Assembly: GCF_900079115.1 (NCBI RefSeq)
Contig: NZ_LT549890.1
Coordinates: 1,140,001-1,172,000, forward strand
DNA: 32,000 bases
Origin: Saccharolobus solfataricus
GTDB taxonomy: Archaea; Thermoproteota; Thermoprotei_A; Sulfolobales; Sulfolobaceae
Direction: 5' to 3'
This document shows positions 1-10,157 of the stretch, piece by piece (position 1 is the first letter of the stretch; each line of letters opens with the position of its first letter). Position numbers and translations under genes: made by a program. A model generated the notes under the pieces. That model saw only the letters and a list, made by a program, of their open reading frames with translations. It made no database searches and had not been told where the DNA came from.

Positions 1-548
1 ATCAATTTAGATATTTTATCAGACTTGATCCTCCTAGGAAAATCAAAATATCCATTTTTATAAGCTAAAATTAAAGTTTTGAGTTCATATGGAGTAAGTT
101 CATCCTCAGTTATATCTAATTCATGAAAACTAATAAACTCTACATTCCCTTTTGACTTAAGCTTCTCTCTCAGTTCATTAACGTAACTTTCATATAATAA
201 AACTCGCCAATATTCCTTTCCATCATACTTAAATCCATCTAAGATTATTCCATCTACGGAGTTTATATTATCCATCACACTATTTTTGTATCTCTTTCTG
301 AAATCAAACAGTATTTTCTTATTATCTGTTGTAAGTGAAACTAATGAGTACCCTATGAAACTATTATTTCTTTTTATCTTATTTATTAACTCCTTGTATT
401 TTTTATCCACAACAATTAGAGACCTAATAAAGTTCCTCTCAGTGTCTACGGAAAACCTTAAAGTTTTCACAACGTATTTACCAACTAGATTAGTCCAACA
501 ATTCTCATGTTCTACGGAAAACGTAATCTCCAATAACCTATCACTCAT
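1..548 (-). CDS. HTH_10 (bacterio-opsin-activator-like) transcriptional regulator; 3' end lies outside the window
   Basis: My translation of the minus strand from ATG at 548-546 stays open to position 1 (MSDRLLEITFSVEHENCW...). It ends ...ELTPYELKTLILAYKNGYFDFPRRIKSDKISKL, typical of the HTH_10 domain. It is absent from the ORF track because it runs off the window edge. Divergent from the adh gene. Confidence 0.55.
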   Translation of the reverse strand, partial: MSDRLLEITFSVEHENCWTNLVGKYVVKTLRFSVDTERNFIRSLIVVDKKYKELINKIKRNNSFIGYSLVSLTTDNKKILFDFRKRYKNSVMDNINSVDGIILDGFKYDGKEYWRVLLYESYVNELREKLKSKGNVEFISFHELDITEDELTPYELKTLILAYKNGYFDFPRRIKSDKISKL

Positions 549-731
549 ACATTTTTACCTATAATACTATTTTCGATTAGAATTTTTAAGCTTTATGAAA
601 ATTCTCCTTATCTCAAACTATTGAATCAAGCAAAAATGTTCATAGTGAATCAAGTTGCTATCTAAAAACATTTATAGTGTAATTATTGATATTTTAATTA
701 ATTTATTCATCTAATTTACTTTATTTTTCAT

Positions 732-746
732 ATCGAACATGTTAGA
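732..746. promoter_or_regulatory. Candidate operator box ATCGAACATGTTAGA (core GAACATGTTA, 735-744) of the adh promoter
   Basis: Matches the boxes at 7875-7889 and 10107-10121. Once ISC1078 plus one TA is removed, the core lies 40 nt upstream of the adh ATG (1865). Confidence 0.45.
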
Positions 747-759
747 GAAATCCATTTTA

Positions 760-1837
760 TACTTCGTCAGACTTTAAAGGGCAAGAAAACTTCACTCAGT
801 ATTGACGTCCAAGGTTCACCGCACCTCTTCACACTATACGTAAGGTCATTTACTCTCTTGGATATGGAGCGTAGGAACCTCGTTGCATCCCACATTAAGG
901 TCTCGAAGTCCGTGTAAATCTTCGAGTAGAGCCTTTTCTTGAGGACTGCCCACGGCCCCTCCGCCGGACTCTTATCCGGAGAGTAAGGCGGCAGATAAAC
1001 AAACTCCACCCCATTTTCCTCAAGGAATTCCCTCACTTCATTACCGTGTATTCTAGCATTATCCATCACTATCACGGTCTTCTCGTCCTTTATTACCTTC
1101 CTCAAGTAGAGTATAATATCTTTTGAGTTCAGCGAGGGCTTCTTGTATGTCGAATAGGAGAAAGTTATTCCCTCTTTACTAATCGTTATCCCGCCTACTA
1201 CTGCAAACCTCTTCCTCTTAGGGTTGACCTTTATCCCTCCTCCGACCTTCATCCAGCCTTTACCCTTGTTTATGTAGGACACGTACGACTCATCGAAGAT
1301 GTGTACCTTGTACCCTTCTCTTATTTTTTTAAAAAGCTTCTCCCCTTGTTCCTTCACCCACCTTTCTACAGCGTTATCGTCTCTAACGTAAGTTCTCTTT
1401 CCTTTCTTGTACTTGAAGCCTAACTTCTTGAGGACTGGGCTTAAACTCCTCGGGTTGTACTTTATCCCAAATTCCTTGTCAAGTATATACGCTATGAGCT
1501 TCAAGGTCCAGAAATCGTAGTTCAAGCCGAAATCTCTTGGGCTCTTTTCTAAGATTCGGACGAGCTTTTCCTCGTCCTTCAGTTTCGTGGGTCCCTTCCT
1601 CGGCTTAGCGCTCAGGTCACCTTTCCTCAACCACTTGTACACGGTAAAGATGGAGACGTCATACTTCTTGGCAACGTCCTTTATACTCATCCCGTTCCTC
1701 ACATCTTTTACAGCGTTAATCCTCCTCTCTTCCTCTTGTTTCTTGTTGAGCCTTATACCGTGCATTCTGGATTTCGGCATAACAATTTAGTATTACTCAT
1801 GAAATATAAATCTTGCTCTTTAAAGTCTGACGAAGTA
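760..1837 (-). mobile_element. IS630/Tc1-family insertion sequence, 1078 bp (ISC1078-like)
   Basis: Perfect terminal inverted repeats: TACTTCGTCAGACTTTAAAG at 760-779 and its reverse complement at 1818-1837. TA dinucleotides flank both ends (758-759, 1838-1839). One DDE transposase ORF inside. Confidence 0.85.
767..1780 (-). CDS. IS630-family DDE transposase
   Basis: 337 aa. N-terminal HTH (SIKDVAKKYDVSIFTVYKWLRKG) and DDE-type motifs (HIFDESYV, VMDNARIHGN). Lies between the IS terminal repeats. Confidence 0.9.
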   Translation of the reverse strand: MPKSRMHGIRLNKKQEEERRINAVKDVRNGMSIKDVAKKYDVSIFTVYKWLRKGDLSAKPRKGPTKLKDEEKLVRILEKSPRDFGLNYDFWTLKLIAYILDKEFGIKYNPRSLSPVLKKLGFKYKKGKRTYVRDDNAVERWVKEQGEKLFKKIREGYKVHIFDESYVSYINKGKGWMKVGGGIKVNPKRKRFAVVGGITISKEGITFSYSTYKKPSLNSKDIILYLRKVIKDEKTVIVMDNARIHGNEVREFLEENGVEFVYLPPYSPDKSPAEGPWAVLKKRLYSKIYTDFETLMWDATRFLRSISKRVNDLTYSVKRCGEPWTSILSEVFLPFKV

Positions 1838-1861
1838 TAGTAGAGTAAGATAAAATTTCTT

Positions 1862-2950
1862 TTGATGAAGGCAGCTAGATTAGTGGAGTTTCAAAAACCT
1901 CTTAAAATAGAGGATCTAGATGTTCCTAAAGTGGGAAAAGGAGATGTACTTCTGAAAGTGATAAGCTGTGGAATATGCAGATCAGATTGGCATCTATGGC
2001 GTGGAGATCCTGCTTTGGTAGCATACATGCAGTGGAGTGGTGGTAAGTTACCAATAACTCAAGGTCACGAGGTTTATGGAGAAATTGTAGAGGTTGGAGA
2101 GAGTGTAACTAGATTAAATAAGGGAGATAAAGTAGTTATGCCTGCTTCTTCTACCGGAGATAATAGGACATGCAAATACTGTATGGAAGGAGATTCAAAT
2201 GTTTGTGAACACTTAGTAATAGCTGGTTATGGAATTAATGGATGCTTTGCCGAGTACATGCTAATCCCAGAGAGGTCAGTAATTGATCTAGTTAAAGTAC
2301 CAGATGGAATAAAGTCAGAGTGGGCTGCTCTAAGTTCTTGTGGTTTTGGAACTTCATGGAATGCGTTTACAATGAAGACTAATTTAAAGCCCAGTGACAT
2401 AGTGGTCATAATCGGAGCAGGTGGAATGGGTTTGAGTGGTATAGCAATAGCTAACGCTCTTGGAGCTAAAGTGATAGCTATAGACGTTAACGAACGATCT
2501 TTAGAGAAAGCTAAGATGTTAGGTAGCGTTGAGACTTATAGACACTCTGGTAAGTCTGAGGAATTGAATAAAATAGTAGAGGATATTATGAAGAAGTATG
2601 GTTCAGTGGACGTAATATATGATACTACCGGAATTCCAGAGGCTGTCATTCCATTTTTGCCTCTCCTTAAAGTACATGGAACATTGCTATTAGCGGGGCT
2701 TATGATGAAGGGGAAAGAGATTTTTCCATTGCCAGCAGATTTAGTAGTAGCAAGGGAAATCAGAATACAAGGAGTATTAATGTTACCAGCTCAAAAATTC
2801 GATACAATATTTAAATTAATGAAGGAAGGAAAGATTAACCTAGATCCGGTTATTTACAAGACTATAAGCATCTATGATGTCAATGATGCCTACAAGGAAA
2901 TGAGCGAGTACAAAAATGCAGGAAGAATTATTATTAATAAGTTTAGTTAA
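1862..2950 (+). CDS. Zn-dependent alcohol dehydrogenase (MDR superfamily); likely ATG at 1865
   Basis: 362 aa with CGICRSDWH, GHEVYGEIVEVG and a GAGGMG Rossmann motif. Confidence 0.85.
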   Translation: MMKAARLVEFQKPLKIEDLDVPKVGKGDVLLKVISCGICRSDWHLWRGDPALVAYMQWSGGKLPITQGHEVYGEIVEVGESVTRLNKGDKVVMPASSTGDNRTCKYCMEGDSNVCEHLVIAGYGINGCFAEYMLIPERSVIDLVKVPDGIKSEWAALSSCGFGTSWNAFTMKTNLKPSDIVVIIGAGGMGLSGIAIANALGAKVIAIDVNERSLEKAKMLGSVETYRHSGKSEELNKIVEDIMKKYGSVDVIYDTTGIPEAVIPFLPLLKVHGTLLLAGLMMKGKEIFPLPADLVVAREIRIQGVLMLPAQKFDTIFKLMKEGKINLDPVIYKTISIYDVNDAYKEMSEYKNAGRIIINKFS

Positions 2951-2973
2951 TTTTTCTCTTTTTTCCTAATTAT

Positions 2974-2985
2974 AAAACAAGTTTT
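2974..2985. promoter_or_regulatory. Candidate operator box AAAACAAGTTTT upstream of the disrupted ADC-family gene
   Basis: Core AAACAAGTTT at 2975-2984 ends 37 nt before the ATG at 3022. Same core as at 5308 and 7294. Confidence 0.45.
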
Positions 2986-3126
2986 AGAAAGGTTTATTAA
3001 GACAAGGAGAGAAAAAACAATATGGAAGAAATACGTCCTTACTATAATACATTTAGTTTACCAATAACTAAATCTGGCAAGTCGCAAATAGTTCCACCTC
3101 CACCATGGATATATGCAATAGAAATG

Positions 3127-4565
3127 CAGTGGTGTTTCACCAATTTTACTCAAAATGATACAATTTCTATGGAAGAGAAAAATATCAGAGCGGAGTTAGA
3201 AAAATCGGCTTATTTCAACACAAGAAGCAAAAAATTTTCATATTTGTTGAAGAAACTAACAGAAAACGAGTTTATATATAAAGAGTAATACCATTTGTCT
3301 AGTATTATCAATAGAGGAAAGTAGGTGGAAGGACGAGATGAACAAGAAAAGGTTAAAGCGAGGGACTCCATAACTCCGTTATGCAAACCATACAAGTATC
3401 CAAAACGGAGCTGAAGTCCCTCGCTATAACTTTAGCAACAAACAATATTAACGTTATCTCTCAAGATCTAGACCCGGAAATAGTGAAAGCAGCACCATCC
3501 TTGCTAACCGGAAACAGAGGAAAATACTACTTGAAGGTAGTAAGACGAGGCGAGAAAGTAATTAGTAAAGGTCAGAGAACCTTCAAGTTCTACCCAATCT
3601 ACAGAGAAGTAAAGGGAGAGATCAACGTAGTCGCTGTAGATGAGACCGGATTAACCGTGGGAGAAAAGGAACAAGAAAAAGCAGAGGGCTTTCTACTCTA
3701 CAACTGGAAGAGAAAAGGAGTAAAGATGAGATCCTTGGACCTCGTATATCCCTTAAGGTTACCCCTCCTAGTGGAGGTAGCAGATTTGAGAAGCGACAGT
3801 CCATCACAGTTCCTACTCAGGAGCGTGAGGGAAGTAAGCCAATACATGGAAATAGATTACGTTGTAGCTGACGCCGGATTCTTGAACCTAGGGGTCATCA
3901 AGGAAATGCCCGTGAAGACCATTGTGAGAGGGAAGTCGAACTTGAAGGGATTCAAGGAACTATCTAACGTTCCATTAGTTGAGAAGAGATACGAGGTTAA
4001 GGACAAGGTTTACGTTGCGTATAGGGTCTTGAAATTTGAAGGGCTTTATTATTACGATGTGGTTTACGTTAAGGGAAAGCCGAGGCACTTTATGTTCGTG
4101 ACGAACTTCGAGGGAGATCCCTATGAACTGGCTGAACTCTATAGGTTGAGGTGGCAGGTTGAGGAGGGTTTCAAGGTTAGGAAGGCAAGGATAAGGTATG
4201 TTAGGAAGTTGAGTAATAAGATCTTCTTGTTCCTCTATTACACGGTTCTGGATTCTGCGTGGAATCTAGTGAATCATCTTCTCTTTAACTTCAAGTCCAC
4301 GTGTAAGAAGGTTTTGTCCTTCGATTCATTCGTCAAGCTTCTCTAACTTTCTCGGTGTTCAGAGGAGACTATGCACGTCGTTTTCACCACGTGAGAAAAA
4401 TTCAGAATTCTCCTCTTATTATTAGAATTGTACGCTATATTTTTTGCAAATTATTTTAACATGTTATGTTTCATAATAATTTTATTGTTTTTCTCTATAT
4501 CAATCTCTTTTTGAAAGGACTAATATTATATCTTTCAAATGAAATAATTTGGTGAAACACCACTG
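3127..4565 (+). mobile_element. IS4-type insertion sequence, 1439 bp (ISC1439-like)
   Basis: Terminal inverted repeats CAGTGGTGTTTCACCAA (3127-3143) and TTGGTGAAACACCACTG (4549-4565). Perfect 9-bp target duplication ATAGAAATG at 3118-3126 and 4566-4574. Confidence 0.85.
3381..4346 (+). CDS. DDE transposase of the ISC1439-like element
   Basis: 321 aa inside the IS. Motifs DYVVADAGF and YRLRWQVEEGFKVRK (IS4/IS5-type YREK region). Confidence 0.85.
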   Translation: MQTIQVSKTELKSLAITLATNNINVISQDLDPEIVKAAPSLLTGNRGKYYLKVVRRGEKVISKGQRTFKFYPIYREVKGEINVVAVDETGLTVGEKEQEKAEGFLLYNWKRKGVKMRSLDLVYPLRLPLLVEVADLRSDSPSQFLLRSVREVSQYMEIDYVVADAGFLNLGVIKEMPVKTIVRGKSNLKGFKELSNVPLVEKRYEVKDKVYVAYRVLKFEGLYYYDVVYVKGKPRHFMFVTNFEGDPYELAELYRLRWQVEEGFKVRKARIRYVRKLSNKIFLFLYYTVLDSAWNLVNHLLFNFKSTCKKVLSFDSFVKLL

Positions 4566-5300
4566 ATAGAAATGATAGGAGTAAAAGCCTATTTTGATCC
4601 CGTTAAAGTTCTAGATTTAGTGCCTCCTCCGTTGGAAATAGTGGATGGTGAAGGATTTGTATACATTGCTAAGATTTTCACGGTAAGTGGAAATAGATGG
4701 GAGATGTTATACGAAGATCCTGAAGAGACTAAGTATATGGAGGCTGCAATAGCCCTAAAGGTCAAATATAATGATAATATTTTCACCTATTTCCCGTTCA
4801 TGTGGGTTGATAAAGACCTACCGCTACTTCGTGGGTGGCTGCTAGGCTATCCTAAAAAACTAGCTTACATATCGATCTCAGAATTTCATAAACTTCTAGA
4901 TGGTTACAGCGGTCCTTCTAGTGGGGTAAGGATGGGAGGATATGCATTAAGGAATGGTAAGGAGATAATAAGAGTGAAAATAACGCTAAAAGAAAAAGTA
5001 TCGCAATATCCAATACCCTTTGGTCCTATAGTACAATTCAGGAGATTCCCAGCTGTCCAAGATGGTACAGATGTTTACGAGCTAGGACAAATAATCTCTT
5101 CAGATTTTAGAGTCGGCGAGGTGTGGAGAGGTGAAGGGGAGGTGATATTAAATGGTTCAGTGAATGAGGAGTTGGAAGTTTTGAAGATAAATAGGATTGA
5201 GGGAGGATATTACTTCAATTGGTCATTTAAGCAGTTAGGCACAAAAATTCTAACTAAAGTTCCAAATAATTATTAAGTGGTATTTTTAAGTGAGATAGGA

Positions 5301-5317
5301 AAACTTGAAACAAGTTT
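5301..5317. promoter_or_regulatory. Inverted repeat AAACTTG-AAA-CAAGTTT containing operator core AAACAAGTTT
   Basis: Perfect 7-bp arms at 5301-5307 and 5311-5317. The core at 5308-5317 ends 40 nt before the ATG at 5358. Confidence 0.45.
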
Positions 5318-5357
5318 AATGGAGTGCTTATTTAGTAGGTTAAAAGTAAAAGTACCT

Positions 5358-6170
5358 ATGACAAAAAATAACTCCGATTTCACTTTACCCCCAACGAATA
5401 GTGGTAAATCCCAAATTGTATTCCAACCACCATGGTATTATGGTGTAACCTACATTGGGGCTCATGTAAAGTTCACTAAGGAATCTGCAGAAAAGGTAAT
5501 TCCGGGATTCCTATCAACTGACGGTGAAGGTTGGGTTTACATTGCCGAATTTATTTCTACCTCAGAAGACAATTGGGACTATATGTATCAAGACCCAGAT
5601 TTAGTACAGTATATGGAGGGAGCTATTGGGTTAAAGGTCAATTTTGAAGGAAAGAATTACTTATATTTCCCATTCATGTGGGTTGATAAAGATTGGGCAT
5701 TGGTAAGGGGTTGGTTAGATGGCTATCCAAAGAAAATAGCTAAAATAGCCATGACTAAATTACATCCATTACTTCCCAAGTACAATAAACCAGAAAGTGG
5801 ACTTAGATTAGGAGGATATGTTGTAAGGGGAGGAGGTGTAATGTTTAGAATGCAAGTTGAATTAGAGGGGAGGACTGATTCACTGCCCCTTAAGAGCTTC
5901 GGACCATTCTTAAATATAAGGAGGTTCCCAAGTAGAGGTGAGGGTGAAGTTGATCTTTACGAAATAGTAAGTAGAGTTAGGGATGAGAGCAAGTACGGAG
6001 AAATATGGAAGGGAAAAGCTAATGTGGAGCTAGGCGGATACGTTAACGATGAAGTTAGCTTGCTTGAAGTTGAGAGAACGATTGGAGGTTACTACTATAC
6101 CTTATACTTCAAAGTAACTACCACTCAACTAATAAGCAAGAAAATCGAAGAAACCATCTCTCTAAAATAA
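5358..6170 (+). CDS. Acetoacetate decarboxylase (ADC)-family protein, intact tandem paralog
   Basis: Start chosen at M28 of ORF 5277-6170, by alignment with the paralog N-terminus ([21 protein letters not shown] vs YNTFSLPITKSGKSQIV) and by box spacing. [23 protein letters not shown] resembles the conserved ADC-family region. Confidence 0.7.
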   Translation: MTKNNSDFTLPPTNSGKSQIVFQPPWYYGVTYIGAHVKFTKESAEKVIPGFLSTDGEGWVYIAEFISTSEDNWDYMYQDPDLVQYMEGAIGLKVNFEGKNYLYFPFMWVDKDWALVRGWLDGYPKKIAKIAMTKLHPLLPKYNKPESGLRLGGYVVRGGGVMFRMQVELEGRTDSLPLKSFGPFLNIRRFPSRGEGEVDLYEIVSRVRDESKYGEIWKGKANVELGGYVNDEVSLLEVERTIGGYYYTLYFKVTTTQLISKKIEETISLK

Positions 6171-6231
6171 ATAAAGAATGCTATACATAAACCTATACAT
6201 AAACATAAAAAAGTAATAATGTTTATTATTA

Positions 6232-7239
6232 TTAGATTTTTGCGCCTAATTTCTGTCTGACTATCTCTTTTAATTCGTCACTAACTCTATTTGCAGGTAT
6301 AGGGCTACCATGCCAAAATGCCTCTTTAACATGTCCCCAATAATATAACCATCTGTTTTCATCCTCCTTAGTATCCCACACTATTGGCTCCCAATCCGGT
6401 ACAACATTAAGGTAACCACCATGCAATAATTCAATTACGTTACCGCCAGGCTCCTTTACATAAAGTGAGTGGCTATCAGTTATACCGTGCCTTAAAGGAC
6501 CCCCTACAATTTCTAAACCGTAATCAGTGTAAAAATCAGCAGCCTTAAGTATGTCGTCCGCATAATCCACATTAAACGTAACATGGTTTAGTCTGGCTGG
6601 AACTCCGGAAGGATCTAGGCTAACCGCCAAGTCATGTGCTGTACCATTAACTGCCATCCAATATGCAATCCTTTTGTCACCTTCTTTTAATATTTCATTT
6701 ACTTTAAATGTGAGCCTCTTCAGTAACTCTACGGTCTTAGCAAGAGATTCATCATTATAGGCGAAGATAAATATATGGGACAAATCCTTAGCTTGAACTC
6801 CTTTAGTAGGTTTTTTCATAGGTCTAGCCTTATATCCCGATCTAAGTTCACCTGAAGCTCTCCATATCTTCATTTCCCATACCAGTTTACCAATTTGACC
6901 ACTTGGTAAGATAAATTTATACCCTTTCCCTACACCCATATCTGGCTCTCCTTCATCCCACCCTAATCCTAATCCATTAGAGTTTACTATATTTATAGAA
7001 TCAATTAGATCTTTTTCACTATAAGTTCTCCATACAATCTCCTTGACTCCAGCGGTATCAGATTCAGTAACCTTTAAACTATATGCGTACCAATCTTCCC
7101 ACCCTCTTAGGTATACCGATCTATCCTTCCTTCCAACTTCATGTAATCCCAAAATGTCCTTGAAAAACCATAATGTATCATCAATTTTAGGCGTTAGAAT
7201 TTCTACGCTAGCTAATTGGGAAAGTAACTTATTTACCAT
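6232..7239 (-). CDS. Extradiol ring-cleavage dioxygenase (catechol 2,3-dioxygenase-like, two-domain VOC fold)
   Basis: 335 aa. Metal-ligand contexts LNHVTFNV and HGITDSHSLYVKEPGGNVIEL. Two glyoxalase-like halves. Confidence 0.8.
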   Translation of the reverse strand: MVNKLLSQLASVEILTPKIDDTLWFFKDILGLHEVGRKDRSVYLRGWEDWYAYSLKVTESDTAGVKEIVWRTYSEKDLIDSINIVNSNGLGLGWDEGEPDMGVGKGYKFILPSGQIGKLVWEMKIWRASGELRSGYKARPMKKPTKGVQAKDLSHIFIFAYNDESLAKTVELLKRLTFKVNEILKEGDKRIAYWMAVNGTAHDLAVSLDPSGVPARLNHVTFNVDYADDILKAADFYTDYGLEIVGGPLRHGITDSHSLYVKEPGGNVIELLHGGYLNVVPDWEPIVWDTKEDENRWLYYWGHVKEAFWHGSPIPANRVSDELKEIVRQKLGAKI

Positions 7240-7293
7240 TTCTCACACTCTCCTTATTTTCATTTCTCTTCTACGACATTAAAAAATCTACTC

Positions 7294-7303
7294 AAACAAG
7301 TTT
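7294..7303. promoter_or_regulatory. Candidate operator core AAACAAGTTT in the divergent dioxygenase/DUF336 intergenic region
   Basis: Lies 39 nt before the ATG at 7343 (plus-strand gene) and 54 nt from the minus-strand ATG at 7239. Confidence 0.45.
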
Positions 7304-7342
7304 TATGTATGGCTTAATTCCACCTTTACTTAAACAGCATTT

Positions 7343-7762
7343 ATGAACATATTAAATAAGTTAGGCATATCAGATGAATTAGCGGATATGTTAATAAATG
7401 AGGCAGTAAGGAAGGCTAAAGAGTTAGGAGTAAACGTTTCAATAGCAATAGTAGATGAAGGAGGAGAATTGAAGGCTTTTAAGAGGATGGACGGTGCACC
7501 AATCTTGACCATACAAATAGCCATAGATAAATCGTGGACTGCTGTAAGTTTTGGTATACCGACCCATGAATGGTACAATATACTTAAAGACAACCCCTCG
7601 CTGGCAATGGGATTTCCTAAAATACCTAGGTTAATAATCTTTGGTGGAGGATTTCCTATAATCTATAAAGAGCAAGTAATAGGAGGAATAGGAGTATCTG
7701 GTGCGTCTGCAGAACAAGATATGGAAATTGCCAAGAGTGCGCTTAAAAGATTGGAATCATAA
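7343..7762 (+). CDS. GlcG/HbpS-like (DUF336) putative heme/cofactor-binding protein
   Basis: 139 aa. GGGFPI...GGIGVSGASAEQDMEIA is typical of DUF336. Confidence 0.7.
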   Translation: MNILNKLGISDELADMLINEAVRKAKELGVNVSIAIVDEGGELKAFKRMDGAPILTIQIAIDKSWTAVSFGIPTHEWYNILKDNPSLAMGFPKIPRLIIFGGGFPIIYKEQVIGGIGVSGASAEQDMEIAKSALKRLES

Positions 7763-7874
7763 TTTTGTAAAATATTAGATAAACTATTTGATGAAGATAT
7801 AAAATGTACAAGAATGGTTTAAACTTTATCTTCCTTTTTTTAAATATAGACTTTTAAGTTCAAAATCTCCATGC

Positions 7875-7889
7875 ATCAAACTTGTTAGA
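7875..7889. promoter_or_regulatory. Candidate operator box ATCAAACTTGTTAGA followed by a TATA-like CTTAATATAG (7895-7904)
   Basis: Identical 15-mer at 10107-10121. Shared upstream TTCAAAATCT (7859-7868 vs 10077-10086). Core ends 40 nt before the ATG at 7928. Confidence 0.5.
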
Positions 7890-7927
7890 TTAAGCTTAAT
7901 ATAGCTTTCAACGGTTCATGAATGTAG

Positions 7928-9142
<1,215 letters not shown>

Positions 9143-9167
9143 GTGGGATTTAAAGTTACTTCTTTTT

Positions 9168-9180
9168 TCGAACATGTTTA
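9168..9180. promoter_or_regulatory. Degenerate operator box TCGAACATGTTTA upstream of the alpha N-terminal-half gene
   Basis: Core GAACATGTTT at 9170-9179 ends 38 nt before the ATG at 9218. Same variant core as at 735. Confidence 0.4.
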
Positions 9181-9217
9181 AGAATTATTTTTAAATGAGG
9201 ATTATACATGTTTACTT

Positions 9218-10024
9218 ATGAAACCAGTTCCTGTAGAGCCTAGACTACCATCAAGAGACGAGTATTATGATTTAGCGAACAAGTTAGAGTGGACGCCAAA
9301 ATATGTAAAAGAAGAAGAGCTATTTCCGGTAGATATGAGTGGAATACCGAATTTACCAATAGATGTATGGACTGAGCTATATGATGCCCCCTATAAGGTG
9401 ACATATAGGGAGTATGTAAAGAATCAAAAGGAGAAGGATCAAAGACTTTTCTCTGTAAGAGAGGCTGGAGTAAGGGCAGAGCTAGTAAAGAAATTAGATA
9501 AGACTTATCATCAAGGTTCCTTCTGTTTCCACATAACTGCAGTTCCTATACCAGAATATACTGCGGCTATAGCTGAAGCAAGAATGGCAAGGTTTGGGAA
9601 AGCTGGTGAATGGAGAAACTTATCCACATTTGGTTCTATGGATGAGGTAAGGCATGCGCAATTGCAAATCCTACTGTCTCATGATAATATACAAGCTAGT
9701 CCTAAGTTCGCTTTCGCGCATAAGATGTTCTGGGTTGACGGCTGGTTACCAATAGCTGCTAGATCGTTCTTTGACGATACTATAACTGGGACTAATGCAA
9801 TAGAATTTGCTTTATTAACGACCTTTGCATTTGAGACTGGATTTACTAATTTACAATTTGTAGCATATGCCGCTATGGCAAATAAAACTAATGACTTCGT
9901 GTTCTCCTCAGCAACTCAAAGTATACAAACTGATGAGGCTAGGCATGCGCAAATAGGGCACCCAGTTCTAAAGGCTTTTGTTGACGTAACAAAGGTAAAT
10001 GAAGAGATGGAAAAGAAAATTTAA
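9218..10024 (+). CDS. Multicomponent diiron monooxygenase alpha subunit, N-terminal half carrying the diiron ligands
   Basis: 268 aa with both EXXH motifs (MDEVRHAQL and TDEARHAQI) plus FAFETGFTN. Ends about 20 aa after the second motif. Confidence 0.85.
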   Translation: MKPVPVEPRLPSRDEYYDLANKLEWTPKYVKEEELFPVDMSGIPNLPIDVWTELYDAPYKVTYREYVKNQKEKDQRLFSVREAGVRAELVKKLDKTYHQGSFCFHITAVPIPEYTAAIAEARMARFGKAGEWRNLSTFGSMDEVRHAQLQILLSHDNIQASPKFAFAHKMFWVDGWLPIAARSFFDDTITGTNAIEFALLTTFAFETGFTNLQFVAYAAMANKTNDFVFSSATQSIQTDEARHAQIGHPVLKAFVDVTKVNEEMEKKI

Positions 10025-10106
10025 TTTGTTTTTTTAAAATTTTTCCCTATTTATACTTTACTCTTCTTAGTAAGAATTCAAAATCTATAAACTGATAAAC
10101 ACATCT

Positions 10107-10121
10107 ATCAAACTTGTTAGA
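10107..10121. promoter_or_regulatory. Candidate operator box ATCAAACTTGTTAGA plus A/T-rich TATA-like stretch, inside the spacer that splits the alpha subunit
   Basis: 15/15 identical to 7875-7889. Core ends 38 nt before the ATG at 10158. Confidence 0.5.
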
Positions 10122-10157
10122 ACAATTCTTAAAAAGTATAAAAAAGATTATACGACG

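Larger units (their letters stand above)
3022..5276 (+). pseudogene. Acetoacetate decarboxylase (ADC)-family gene interrupted by ISC1439
   Basis: Codons 1-35 (3022-3126, MEEIRPYYNTFSLPITKSGKSQIVPPPPWIYAIEM) continue in frame into 4575.. (IGVKAYFDP...) once the IS and one 9-bp duplication are removed. The restored protein aligns along its length with the paralog at 5358-6170. The tail of the 88-aa ORF 3022-3288 is read-through into the IS. Confidence 0.8.

Noticed and set aside
286-564. 92-aa plus-strand ORF
   Set aside because: It is low-complexity and lies fully antisense to the open minus-strand frame that encodes a recognisable HTH_10 regulator.
3022-3288. 88-aa ORF as an independent small gene
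   Set aside because: Only the first 35 codons are genuine (N-terminus of the ADC-family gene). The rest is read-through into the ISC1439-like element.
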